The translations under genes were made by a program, and so were the position numbers. A DNA stretch of 64,000 nt from NCBI RefSeq assembly GCF_964355755.1, contig NC_092672.1, positions 2,418,001 through 2,482,000 of the forward strand. Direction: 5' to 3'. Each line of letters opens with the position of its first letter. Within the stretch, counting starts at the first letter, position 1. Source of the stretch: Antedon mediterranea. Taxonomy: Eukaryota > Animalia > Echinodermata. A model generated the notes under the pieces. The model ran no database searches and was not told the DNA's origin. It saw nothing but the letters and a program-made list of their open reading frames with translations. Positions 51,832 through 64,000 of the stretch are shown here, piece after piece.

Positions 51832-52200
51832 GTAAACATTTAGCACCAACTTGTATTGAGATTACAATTAACCACATACAATTATTTACTGTACTTCATA
51901 AAGGAAAGTATTGTAAACTGTATCTGATAGAAATAAAATATACATTTCTCTGACACAATTTATTAAAAAATTATGCACACAAGTGATTATTTTGTTTATA
52001 AAACTGTTGGCTCTGGATTGTGGAGCTGTATCCACATAAACAAATGGCTTTTAATCTTTTACTAAAAAAATGAAATAATGATTTATAATAAAAAGCATGA
52101 TGGAATGTATCTCATTTCTTGGAGTATGTATTATACTTCTTATTTGAAGTTGATCAGTGGACCTTTTGGCTGCTGATTTATTTACTGCATAATTTTTGCC

Positions 52201-52367
52201 TTAGTTGTTCACATTTGGAAATCTTGTGAAGTGGTTGGCAATAGCGGCCTCTTTGTCGGGGCGTTCAAATCCTAAACAGAGTTGGGGTGGCGCATCAACA
52301 ACATCAACATCTTCTGCTGTCCCTTCAACAATGCTCATTACCTCCAAGATGAGGTCATCCACATACC
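52201..52367 (-). pseudogene. Last exon of Kolobok transposase (the rest is deleted)
   Basis: ag|GYVDDLILEV...APPQLCLGFERPDKEAAIANHFTRFPNVNN*, resembling the recalled Kolobok C-terminal PPxL...PDK..A...H..RF pattern. Confidence 0.62.
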
Positions 52368-53784
52368 CTGCGAAATAATAATACGGTACTGTAAGAACAA
52401 AATCATTTGTAAAAGTGCAATAAGATTATATAATTTATAATTTGACTTTTCTAAAGCAAATTTCAAATGGTTCAATTTTTGTTCAAATCAATAGAGAATA
52501 TATATAGTGCAATCTGTCAATGCAACTTACAAAGCAACTTACAAATTATTGCAGTCAGCTTGTGCACAAGCTTTATTTTTATGAGGGCAGAACAACTCCC
52601 CACCTGAACTATTATGCTGGGGCTTTCAACACAGTACTACTAGCCTAGGCCCTTTGTGTTGCTGATTTTAAAACCGAATTAATCACCTAGGCCTACTACT
52701 CTACTATACTAGAAAGAAGTACTAGTACTACCTACCGTTTATTTAGTTAATCGACACAACAACTTCAGTTTTACTAATTTTTTTATTGCGTTTAAAAACA
52801 CGATAATAATGCATTCGTATAACTGACTGTAACTAAACCATTCCAAAGTTTGGGTCCGTAATTGAAAATGTAAACCTAGGCCTAGGACCATGTATTGTTG
52901 GTCTGGTCAATTTCCCCACGACGTTCTTCGCCGCCTTCGCGTTGGTCCGCCTCGCCTTCAGAATCGGTGAGATCGGGCTCTCATATAGGCCTACGGTTGA
53001 ATTAATTGCATTCAATAACACTTTCTTGCGTATCCATAACGACGTCTCCTTCATCTTCATCAATTTCGAATTCATAATGGATAGTTTCCTCTTCAAAATC
53101 AGACTCCGAACTGTCGAGATCGTACACAATACGTGTTGACATCTTGCCGATACAGTACAGTTTGTATACAATAAGAGAGATGCGTCGCGACCAGGGCAGT
53201 GCAGTGTGTTCATCTTATGACGTCACGATTTATCGCCTTGGATTTCCTGCTTCCAAATTCGACTTCGGAGATATTTACTCCGATGTATGTAAATCATAAA
53301 AAATTCATAATTTACGCTTATAGAATTTATTTTATCAAAACGTACTAATAAAATCAACCTATTCAGACCCAAATCAGCTAAAAAACGTTATACATCAAAT
53401 ACCATGTTCCATGATCTTTAATAATGATAATATTATCAATGTGAATAGTTCCAATGTTTAGTATCTAGATATGCTTCTGATTGGTGATATCATTTGTAGT
53501 GTTTAATATATCAATTTGTATATTTTCAATGTTTAGTATCTAGATACTGTACAGTATGCTTCTTTTTGGTGATATAGTTAATAATGATAATATTATCAAT
53601 GTGAATAGTTCCAATGTTTAGTATCTAGATATGCTACTGATTGGTGATATCATTTGTAGTGTTTAATATATCAATTTGTATATTTTCAATGTTTAGTATC
53701 TAGATACTGTACAGTATGCTTCTTTTTGGTGATATAGTTAATAATGATAATATTATCAATGTGAATAGTTCCAATGTTTAATAT

Positions 53785-56700
53785 CTAGATATGCTTCTGA
53801 TTGGTGATATCATTTGTTGTGTTTGATGTATCACTTTTCATATTTTCATCATGTTTTTTATTTGGAATTATTTCATCAGCATTATTGACATCTTCTGTGT
53901 AGCTTGATGTATCAATTTGCATATTTTCATCATGTTTTTTATCTGGAATCACTTCATCAATATTGGTGATATCTTCTGTTGAGTTTGGTGTACCAATTTG
54001 CACATTTTCATCATGTTTTTTATCTGGAATTACTTCATCAATATTGGTGATAATGTCTGTAGTATTTGGTGTATCAATTTGCATATTTTCAACAGGTTTA
54101 TTTTTATCTTGAATTCCAGTAACTTTCTCAGTATTGGTGATATCTTCTGTTGTATTTGAAGGACCAATGTACATATTTTCAGTTTTATCTGCAATATTTT
54201 CATCAGCAATATTTTCATCAGCATTGTTGTCGTTTACTGCATTTGTAATATGAACATACAGATTTTCATCTTTATCATTTTCATGTGAAATTGAACTGAC
54301 TTCAAAATTGTTGATGTCTGCTGTTTCAGTTGAAATTTCAAGATGTTGGTTTTCATCAAGTTTTTTATCTGGAATTATATCATCAGTAGTGGTGATATCT
54401 TTTGTGGTTTTTGATGCATCTAGTAGAAGCATATTTTTATCATGTTTTTTCTCTGGAATTACTTCATCCATATTGGTGATATCGTCTATGGTATTAATTT
54501 GCATATTTTCATTAAGTTCACCTTGAATGACATTATCAGTATTAATGACATCATCTGTATTGATGACATCTTCTGTATTGATATCATCTTCTGCAATTGA
54601 TGTATCAAGATTTTCATGAAATTCATTTTTGTCTGGAAGTACCTTGTCAGCATCAACTATGCTTTCTGTGGTATTTGTTATCAAACTTTCATTATCAATG
54701 ACATATTCATTTTTCTTACCAGAATTTGATCTCTTTCTAATACGTAGCTTTACAGCATTGCCTTCTTGCGGTACACCTTTGTCTATCACTTGACTCGATG
54801 ATACAGAAGGTGATTTATTGAAAGGGTTATGCAACGATTTCCGGAAAGACACCTCTTTAAATTTAGTCTCCTCTAACTTCCTCTGAGCTATTTCAATCAG
54901 TTGGAGTGGATCTACTTCTTCATCTACTCGCAGTGGACAAATAATCGCATGTTTTTTCAAACTTTTCATGTAACAGAAATTTCTCTTACAGAATGGACAG
55001 GCATGTTGTTCTTTTAACAGATGTTGCTGATCAGATGACACATTATTTTTTAATTCATGTGTTTCTTGTGTTTTTTGTTGATTCGGGCATTTTTTATTGT
55101 GTCGTTCCAGTCCTGAAAGAAGTTTAAAGATTTTACCACATTCAAAACACTTGTGTTTATCGTCAGAAACAGACTTTCTTTTTACAGCTTGTGTGTTAAT
55201 TGGCTTCACACTCTCATCAATTATGAGATCTCCATCAATGATTTCTGGAGTACTTACTGGTTTAAGCAAAGGTACAGTATTTGCACACTCCATTATATGC
55301 TTGTGAAATTCAAGTTTGTCTAGAAACACCATAGAACACTTTGTACAGGTGTTCATAGTGGAATCATGTCTAACTGATTCATATCTTTGATTCGTCATCA
55401 TATTCAGGAACCCAAGTTTTCGGTGATGTGCGAATGGATGGTGTCTCTGTGGATTTACTGGAGTTGACTTTCTTGGACTTTGATTCTTCAAAGGTGAAGG
55501 TTCCTTCAATACTTGAAATGCGATTGTATTTTTGGATGGAGATTTCCTCTTCACACCATCTGCAATTTGTGATATTCTACTTTTAGAAGGAGTAACCTGT
55601 TGGTCCCTGTTAGGAGACACTGCAGTAACTTGAGCAGGAACTGTGAAGTTAATAGGTCGTAGTTCATCTGGTCCAAGTTCGGTATAACTGCATTGGACAT
55701 TTGCATGGCAGTCTCTTTGGTGTGTTTGTAAATTTGACAAGTAAGCAAATTCACGTTGACAAACAGAGCATGCATACATTTTTCCAACTCTATGCAATGT
55801 TGACCTATGCTCAACAAGATCTTTAGGATCTTTAAAAAGTCTGATGCAGAACTCGCATTTATAGTTCCATTCCTTGGCATGAATAACAACATGTTGTGTC
55901 AAATCTTTCATGGAGTTGAATGGTGCCTCGCAAACATTACATTTGAAGGTGCTAATTGTTTTTGAATTATCAGCAAGGACAGTTGTTGATGCTGACATTT
56001 CCACTGATGGTACTTCAATTGGATTTGATTTGACTTCAGGAACTGTTGGCATTGATAGATTCTGTGGTTGATGAGTTTCATTTAATGACTGGTTGAACAC
56101 TGGATGCTCAGAATGTGGTGAGAGAGATCCTGGTATGGTCAATTGAAGTTTAGGTAAGCTGTGATACACTGACTCACTCATATCTACTGTATGTTTTTGT
56201 GAGGCCGCTCGTTCTTCTAATATTTTTTTGACAGTCTTGGTTTGGGAATTCCTGGGTATTTCAAATGTACGTTGCCCACTGGACACTGGAACCACGCCAC
56301 ATGGATGGGTATTTCTTTGAGGTTGCATGTGAGAACTTTGGCCCATGAATCGAGGTTGTGATGCTGACTTGTTTGTGGGAATTCTTGGGGTTACATGACA
56401 TCCAGGCTGATGACATCCAGGCTGATGACATCCAGGCTGATGATAACGAGGTTGATTATTATGTGATGGAGGAAAAGTCTCAAGACTGTGGTGATGATCT
56501 AAGCCATCTCTTTGTGAAACCTTTGAGGCTGCTATCCGGCTGATGGAGGAGTTCAATGAGTGAACATGCTCTGGATTCATACCTGGAAAAATCACCTTAG
56601 GAGGTGAAAGTAGACCACCTTGTATCTTTGAAAATACTTGTTGTTGTATCATAGGTTTCTGTTTACTATATTGAGGTGCAGGATAAGGTGGTGGCAGATT

Positions 56701-59700
56701 TCTTTTGCCTTGATTGTTAAGTTGGAAAGAATGTGGAAGGCCTCTTGGATGAACCAAGCACTGGCCGTGTTTTCTGTTCTTACTTTGTTGTGTTGATGAC
56801 AGATCTAACACAGAGTCTGATACATTTTTTCTGTTAACTGCCAAGTCCAGAACCTGTGAATCATCTTGTGTCTTTTTTTTTGGTATGTAAGGTTGTGGCA
56901 AATTTACTTGTGACCATGGCGAGGCCGCTGCTGCATTATAAAATCTTGACTGGTTAGAGGGCACAATTCTTTTTCCAGTAATGTGTCCATGTACAGCACA
57001 ATCTGAAGAAAGAACTCTCTTGAGTGTACTTTCATTATCTGGAACATGCGTCTTCTGCAATGATGCTAAGGCAGCATTTTCCTCAGCTGTACGTCTTTGT
57101 TTTGAAAGATTATGGTTCTTGAAGTAAGCTTCCTCAGCTGTGAGTGAATCAGTTACATTACTGACAAATGCTTTACTACATTGGCCAATGTCATGATTAT
57201 CATCATCATGTCGGATAGACCTTGTTGGAGTTGCTGAAGAAACAGAACTAACTTCTTCTATATTACTACTAATCTGCTGCATGTTACTTTGACTTACTTC
57301 AAAAGCATCACAATTTTTAGTTACATTACGACATTGGATCTCTCTATTATATGACATGTCTTCCATCAAGTGCGGTTCGGAGCAACTTTCTTGATAGACC
57401 CCATCCTCATCAATCCATTGCTTAATCTCCTTGGCTGGGTTCAATGTATTAACTCTTTCAGGAGATCTTGAAACTTCAGTCGAAGCTAGTCCAAAGATAG
57501 CAGCAATGGAAGGAGTATCTTCAGGAATAGCAGTTATCGTTTGTTGTTTCAATTGACTATCTTCTGACAGTCCTGATGACCCATCCTTCATACGAGATTT
57601 AGTACTTTTTGAAGTAATTGATCCTTTATCAATAAAGTAATCTTGTTTACCATTTTCTGTCTTTCTTCTTTTAATACGGATATTATGAGCAAGTCTTCTG
57701 TGTCGTACACAATTTAAACGAGATTGAAATCGTGCCCCACATACATCACACTGAAGTTTCTTCTTAATTTTTGACTGCCATTTATTTCCTTCAAAGAATG
57801 CTTTAACTTCACTTTGTGGTTGTTTTTTTAACGATTTATGCTCGCTGACCTTTAGTTTTTTGTGTGGAAGATGTGCCTTAAAGTGTTTATATGTTAAAAA
57901 GGTTCGCGGACATTCTTGACAAGAAAACTGTTTAATTTTGTTATGTTGAAGCACATGCCGCTCTAACCAACCAGAATAACGAAATTGTTTATCACAATAA
58001 GGACAATTAAAAATACCTGATCCACCTTTGCCTTTTACAGTGTAATTGGCTTTAAAATCTGAACCTTTATCTGAAACAACCTCTTTTTCTGCTGTACTAT
58101 CACTAGGCGAGTCATAACTATTCTCCCACATTTTGATAGCTTGCTTTCTCTTGGTAACAACTTCTGTTACTGTCACAGATCGTGTACGAATCTTCTCTCT
58201 GGGATGCGCAATTTTAATTGGCTTGTTAAATTCATGTGGTTTTCGAACCAAGTGATTTTTGCGGTAGTGAATTTTTAGTCCTAGTTGCTTGGAAAATATG
58301 CCTCCACAAACTTTACATTTGTAGAATGGCCGACCACGTTTGTCTCTGATTTGATCTTCTGGTCCAATTTGAAAAGCATTTTGTTTTACCTGTGTTGTCT
58401 GTTTTACCTGTGTCTTCTGCTCTACCTGCATTGTCTGCTTTACTTCGTTTGTTGATGAGACATCTGGTGTCTGAATGTTCAAATCTACAAACTTACTGGT
58501 TTGCTTATTCGATGTTGTTTGTTCTGAAATAATAGGTGACAGTAGTGGTGGTGACAGCTGAAGCTCAAGGCTTGTATCAGGCAATTCACTATCATCTTTC
58601 ATGATCTGCAATGGCTTGAGGGAACTACTTTTTACATTTCTTTCAAGGACTGGCATAGTTGAGTCATGAAAATCTAAATTTAAATAAATAAGAAAAGGCA
58701 AATTATAAACACTTGTAATATTGTAATGGTTATTTTTTCTATCCCCAAAATAATAATAAATAACCATAAAGTTTGCCAAATGTCTAAATAACTTGCTATC
58801 ATATTGCGTCAAACTGTTGCTTATTCATGTCTAAACAAAGATGAATTGTATTAATAGAATAAAAACATGTTTATAATGCAGTTTTTTTTTATCCCACTAT
58901 CACATGCTATAGCATTTGGGTGATTGCATGCTTTATAGTACCTGTACCTTTGGATAATGTTTTTTTCTCAACTTGTTTCGAGGTTTGGTGTGTCTGCAGG
59001 CAAGAGCTTCTACTAGAGACTACATGAATATAATTAGAAGATAATTCTATTGGTCCATCTAAGATAGTAACATGAGATAATCTCACAACAGCATTGAAGA
59101 CATTTGCACAAGAACCTATTGGTTTTATACCTGTAATGTTTGAGTCTTTGGTCACTGCATCAAACAATTTGTTCTGTTCTTCCGATGGTAGATCATTCTT
59201 GTGATCACTGCCATTTTTGTCTTCTTCTTTAACCAAGTCAGATTTGCCTTCCATTGATTCTTCTTCAAGTTTTGGAATTATATCATTCTTCATCTTTTTA
59301 TTTCGGAAATAATTTCCAACTGACTTTCTTTTTTTAATCTTCAGGTTTTTGTTGGAAATATTTTCTACTTTAGGAAGACTAAGGTTTTGTTTTTTCTTCT
59401 TAATGTTTGATGGTTGTTTAAAAAGTTTGATGTCTTTTAGGTCCTTTATTTGTTCTGTCTGGTGGAGCGTGAAATCAGCTTCTTTACTGTAACTTGCTCC
59501 TTCCATGTGGTTGCAGGATGCATCTACTGTATTGTTAAACCAGCATAACAATTCATCTCCAGGGTGAATATCCTACAAATACAACAGCAATTTTATATAA
59601 GAAACTTAATACGGTAATGTCAATATTATAAATAAAAAACAGTTAAATTACAGGCCTGGGATATCATAAATTCATGGTACAATATTCTCATTGTATATTT

Positions 59701-61494
59701 ATGCAAGGATGTACTGTGGTTGTTCTGGAGGAAGGTTGATCAGGTTACCCACACTAAAAAGTAGTTCTGAAAATATATACAGTACTGTATATATATTGTT
59801 CTACAAAGAACTGTTGAGTTTCTTTGAGAAATTAAACATGTCTTTTAAGAACTATATATACTGTACGTGGTGTACCGTAAACTTATGATTTCGCCATGCA
59901 AAGCTTCAAACAACACACTAAAAGGTTTTTAACTCGGTCTATATTTTTGGCGTATTCAATTAGAAAATTTACCATCTTTACATTAGGTATTACAGTACTC
60001 AACAAATGAACATTTCTCATTTAACATAAATAAAAAAGAACTTAACAGCTTTTCTGTTGAGAGTATGTTTCCCAATTGAATACGCCAATTGAAAGACAGC
60101 TTGTGAATGTGTGAAGATTTGTAACCACACTATAACATCATTTACCTTGATAACTTTGTAGAAGATATTCTTTTTAATTTGCGATGCAATCATGTTCTGT
60201 TCCTCATAGAAACGTGCACTTTTTACAAAGCGAAGCCAATTAGCCTTTCTTATATCAGAGGCATCAATTAGACATAGGGGCTTCCTAGATGGACTCACAA
60301 TCTATAAACAAAAGTATACAAATTATTTTGATTATTTTTAATTATGAAGTAAAATGCTTCTAGTAATATATAAACATCCTCCAACATCGAGTCATGGTTT
60401 TGTTTGGCAGAAATAATGGTAACAACCCACATGTGTGGAGGAGTGAATTTTAATTGGATAGTGAATGAAGTTAAATGTCCTAATTATGCCTTTTATAAAG
60501 TATAGTGGTCTATAACATTTACATGAGCATATGATGTGTCCAGAATTTGTACCTCTGAAGTAGATTAAAATTAATGGAGATTCCACATGAGTTGATTGCT
60601 GTACCATATAATTATTATACAGTACTTTCAATTCATGTCATATTGTCATTGTCAATTATGGCAGTGATCAATTCATTCAAATTAATATAATAGGACTAAG
60701 ATCATGAGTTAGCGATTGAGAATAAGTCTAACCTCCCATGTGTAGGTGTGGTCAGTGACATCTTGTAGCTTTCTTCGGACACCTTTGTATGGCCCATATT
60801 TCACTCCTTTCTTGATTGTGTACTTGGAGTAGACACCTAACAAAGTATCAAAAAGAAAGTTGTAATTAAATTAATTGATGATAATTATGAGAGACCATCA
60901 ATTGAGATATCTTACCAAAATGAAATGACGTTTTGATTTCATTAATTTTTATTTATTTTAACAAAATCCAATCAGCAAAAAGCAAATAAAATGATGCCTT
61001 ACAATATAAAGGCAATGATCGCAATAACATTTTGAATATTGAATATTATGATGATCTGTACAGTATTTACAGTTACATTAAAATTACACGTCTTCAAAAA
61101 GTGGAAATTGTTGTTGTAGATAGCAATTATAATCATTATTGTTATCATAATTATCATTAACATCAGCCTCATGATTAACAAACAAATGAAGATTTTTGTT
61201 TCTAGTAGATCCAAGTCATAGAATGCTGATAAATAGATGGTTAATTAACATTTCTCGTTTTTTTCTTTTTCAAACTTTTTAACTATTTGTCTATATGCCG
61301 TCTGGGAAAACAGTCCTATGTACTGAAAAGGTCACCCAGTATAAAGAAGAAATAAAAATAAACAAATAATAGAGTGTGTGACATGCCGTGAGACCACATC
61401 CTCACTCCTTACCAATTCGTTTGTTGTCAGTCTGGGAAGGTTGTATTTCAAGCTCCCTGGGAAGGGTCATTCCTGGTGGCATCGCCTCTTCCAT
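53785..61494 (-). CDS. PRDM2: PR-domain zinc finger protein 2 (RIZ1). Exons 61494-61413, 60836-60733, 60301-60146, 59572-58942 (alternative donor 58948), 58673-53785
   Basis: PR/SET domain GVYSKYTIKKGVKYGPY...IDAS..KANWLRFV...EEQN...PGDELLCWF. The ZnF cluster CNVCEAPFNSMKDLTQH..IHAKEWNYKCEFC...LRPINFT matches the PRDM2 triple finger. Also CTKC..HKHIMECA and HACPFCKRNF fingers, and VLDLS-type CtBP motifs. Confidence 0.9.
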
Positions 61495-64000
61495 GGTTGC
61501 TATAATCTAAATATGGAGACACAAAAATAATTATTTATATCATAGTTGTAGTTTTTCAGATGAGAATAACATGCTACTGTATCTATTAATAAAATATAAC
61601 AACAGGTGTATTACAATAACATTAAATGGAAACACAATATTCAGGTTCGGATAGTTTTCCTGAAAAGTAAACTTATTATTAAACAGAAACTGAAAAACAA
61701 CAATGCTGTGGAGTACCAAGTAACAATAGGGGCCAACTCTATTGAGTTGAATGGATACAAAGTACAAAACAAAGAGTATACAATTCTAAGATAATGAAAG
61801 AATAACATATTAAAAAGAAAAGATAAAACTTGGAACCTGTGTAAGTACTGAAGAATGATATATGCATGTAACTGCATTTTTTAGAAGAGCATAGCGGCAA
61901 CAATTTTGAAAAAAAAACCCTAAAACTTTCCAACAAACTGTTGGGCAAACAAGAAATAAAAAACAGCAAATATAAATAATAAACATACAATGAGTTCCAC
62001 ATAATGATACGGAGGGCGGTAGTAGAACATTAATTCTTCATCGCTATGCTTAAATGTAGACTGCTATATTATGTAGGCCTAGAGTAGAGTATGATACTAC
62101 CAGCATTGTCAAATTAATAAAGAACATTCTGAGACTGCAATTCCAACCAGCAGAAACACTTGAGCCTGGGGATTACTATATTAAACAACATGTAGTTGTT
62201 AAATATTAATATATAAAATGACCTGAAACATAAAATCTTCAATATAGTTTCTGTAACCTACTTAACATAAGATATCCCAGCAGAATAAAATGGCTTCATT
62301 TTTATACCACATGTGGAATTAACCTCCTGTACCAATAACATACAGTGACTCACTGCTAAATAATTCTACCATAAGAACTATCAATCAAGTTCTGCTATCT
62401 GATAATGTTGATTTTTAAAGTACAGTTCAGGCCTAGCTATTGTAAATTTGTGGGAATGAACTCTGGCCCTACAAGGTGACAAGTCAACATACTGGCCTGT
62501 GTACGTTTAGCGTCTTTGGCTTATTTATTGAGTTAGCCTCGACTCATCTTGCAATCTAAGTCAAGAGAAGGTCACTGCTAAAATGATTACTGTAGTAATT
62601 CGTAGTTTGAAATCAGCACATCAGAAGAATAGACAGAATTCAATCAAATAAAACACACTCCTCTCCTGTAATAATATACAAAACCAAAAGTGTTGACTCG
62701 ACGACGAACAATTCCCTTTCTAGTCGTAGCCTAATGAAACCGGTCCACTAGATATCAAATTTCGTATCCTTGCGACACCACAACAAGCAGGCTTACCTAC
62801 AATTTTTTTTAAAAACGATATCTAAATTAACTGTGGTTTCTTAAAATTAAAACCATGAATACATTGCTAACCTAGACTTCAATAATGTTAAAACTAAACT
62901 TGTATGTTCTATTCTATTCTACTGGCTTCGCTCCATCGATTTCGCAAAATACATCTAGATCCCACATTTTCATGCAACAATGACTTGATCAGACATACTG
63001 TAAACACATGACTCCTTTATCTGGAGGAATTTAGTCAGGCGATTCCTTAAGTAGTAGGCCAAACCGCTCGTGAGAGTTGATGAGAAGAAAAAAAAATAGC
63101 GTGCATCCGGTTCGACTATGAATGATTACAATAATTTTGTAACAGACATGACGAAACAACAGTATGCTTCCTCTAATCACAGAGAATACACTAAAACAAA
63201 ACGTCAACAAATAATATATCGTAATCTAATATTTATATCAAATCGTTATATATACTCGAAACACAATTACTAAAGCTGTTTAACCACGCAACAGTACTGA
63301 ACTGAAAGTTCAGTTAGTATTGAGGGTCAACTTTTATTACGACGAGCGACTCATCACCGATCGATTTTTTTTCGCTTCACTCCAGAACACAAATTCGAAA
63401 GTGTAATAATTTTTTAAAAATTCACGTAAAGTAATATGTATATGTAAGTTTACTAAATAAAATACCTTACTAGCATACTTAGGTTACATGAACTAACAGT
63501 TAGTTAGTTAAGTATTGTTGTAAATTAAGTTGAGAGCAACGAATTGTATGCTACGTTTATATGCAATTCATAATCCCACATTCCATTCATAGAACGTTAC
63601 ACGGTGACAAAAATAAACTCGACCTTGTACAGAATATCACACGTTAAAATGGCAAAAAATTTTAACTACAGCCTTAGTACGAAAACTGATAACAACAAAC
63701 AACAACTAATAATTCTTACCTACAAGTCTATTACAATCGCTATATCACAGCTTATCCCGAATGTTCATAATCGGCGAAAATACTTAGAACCATTTCGATA
63801 CCATTAGTGTTTTGTAGTCAAACATGGCGTTGAAAAATGGACAAAAGCTGTATGTGCGCAGACGCAATGCGGTCTACAGCGGTGTATCAAAGATTGAATT
63901 CCGTTGTTTGTAAGAGTTTCTATATCGCTTTATAAAGACTAGTAAAAAACTGGGCGTGGATAGAATTTTGAAATGTTTATAGTTTAGTTAAACATCGTGT

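Larger units (their letters stand above)
50335..53417. mobile_element. Kolobok DNA transposon relic, 3083 bp
   Basis: 26-bp TIR AGATCATGGAACATGGTATTTGATGT; TTAA TSD (50331-50334 / 53418-53421); RR..YY termini; convergent coding relics. Confidence 0.88.
50005..53830. repeat. ~160-bp composite tandem array overlapping the PRDM2 stop codon, split by the Kolobok insertion (50005-50334 and 53418-53830)
   Basis: Repeated aatgtttagtatctagata...gattggtgatatcatttgtagtg; the array is continuous across the TTAA site. Confidence 0.88.

Noticed and set aside
58674-58812. N-terminal 46 aa of the 1675-aa ORF
   Set aside because: It is intronic; the acceptor at 58674-58675 joins this exon to the upstream PR-domain exons
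61600-64000. Short ORFs upstream of PRDM2
   Set aside because: No recognisable motifs or splice-consistent frame; probably intron or promoter DNA

Overview
AT-rich, intron-containing eukaryotic DNA, probably from a deuterostome invertebrate (echinoderm-like; inferred). The left half (1-~32.2 kb) is a recent tandem segmental duplication (offset ~21.4 kb) carrying two near-identical NLR immune-receptor genes (tandem DED-like domains, NACHT, and 177-bp LRR cassettes). Each copy is independently interrupted in its last LRR. Copy A is hit by a 5.2-kb CAC...GTG element with a 4-bp TSD that keeps relics of a Chapaev/RAG1-like transposase and has asymmetric bipartite ends. Copy B is hit by a composite Gypsy-containing insert. 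The right half holds three conserved multi-exon genes: TPRG1L (-) head-to-head with CDK11 (+), and PRDM2 (-), whose 3' repeat array hosts a Kolobok relic with a P2X7-ballast-like gene. There are many MITEs and minisatellites, and paralog comparisons show recurrent TA-flanked micro-insertions resembling transposon excision footprints. Exon boundaries were read by eye, and family assignments come from motif recall rather than database searches.
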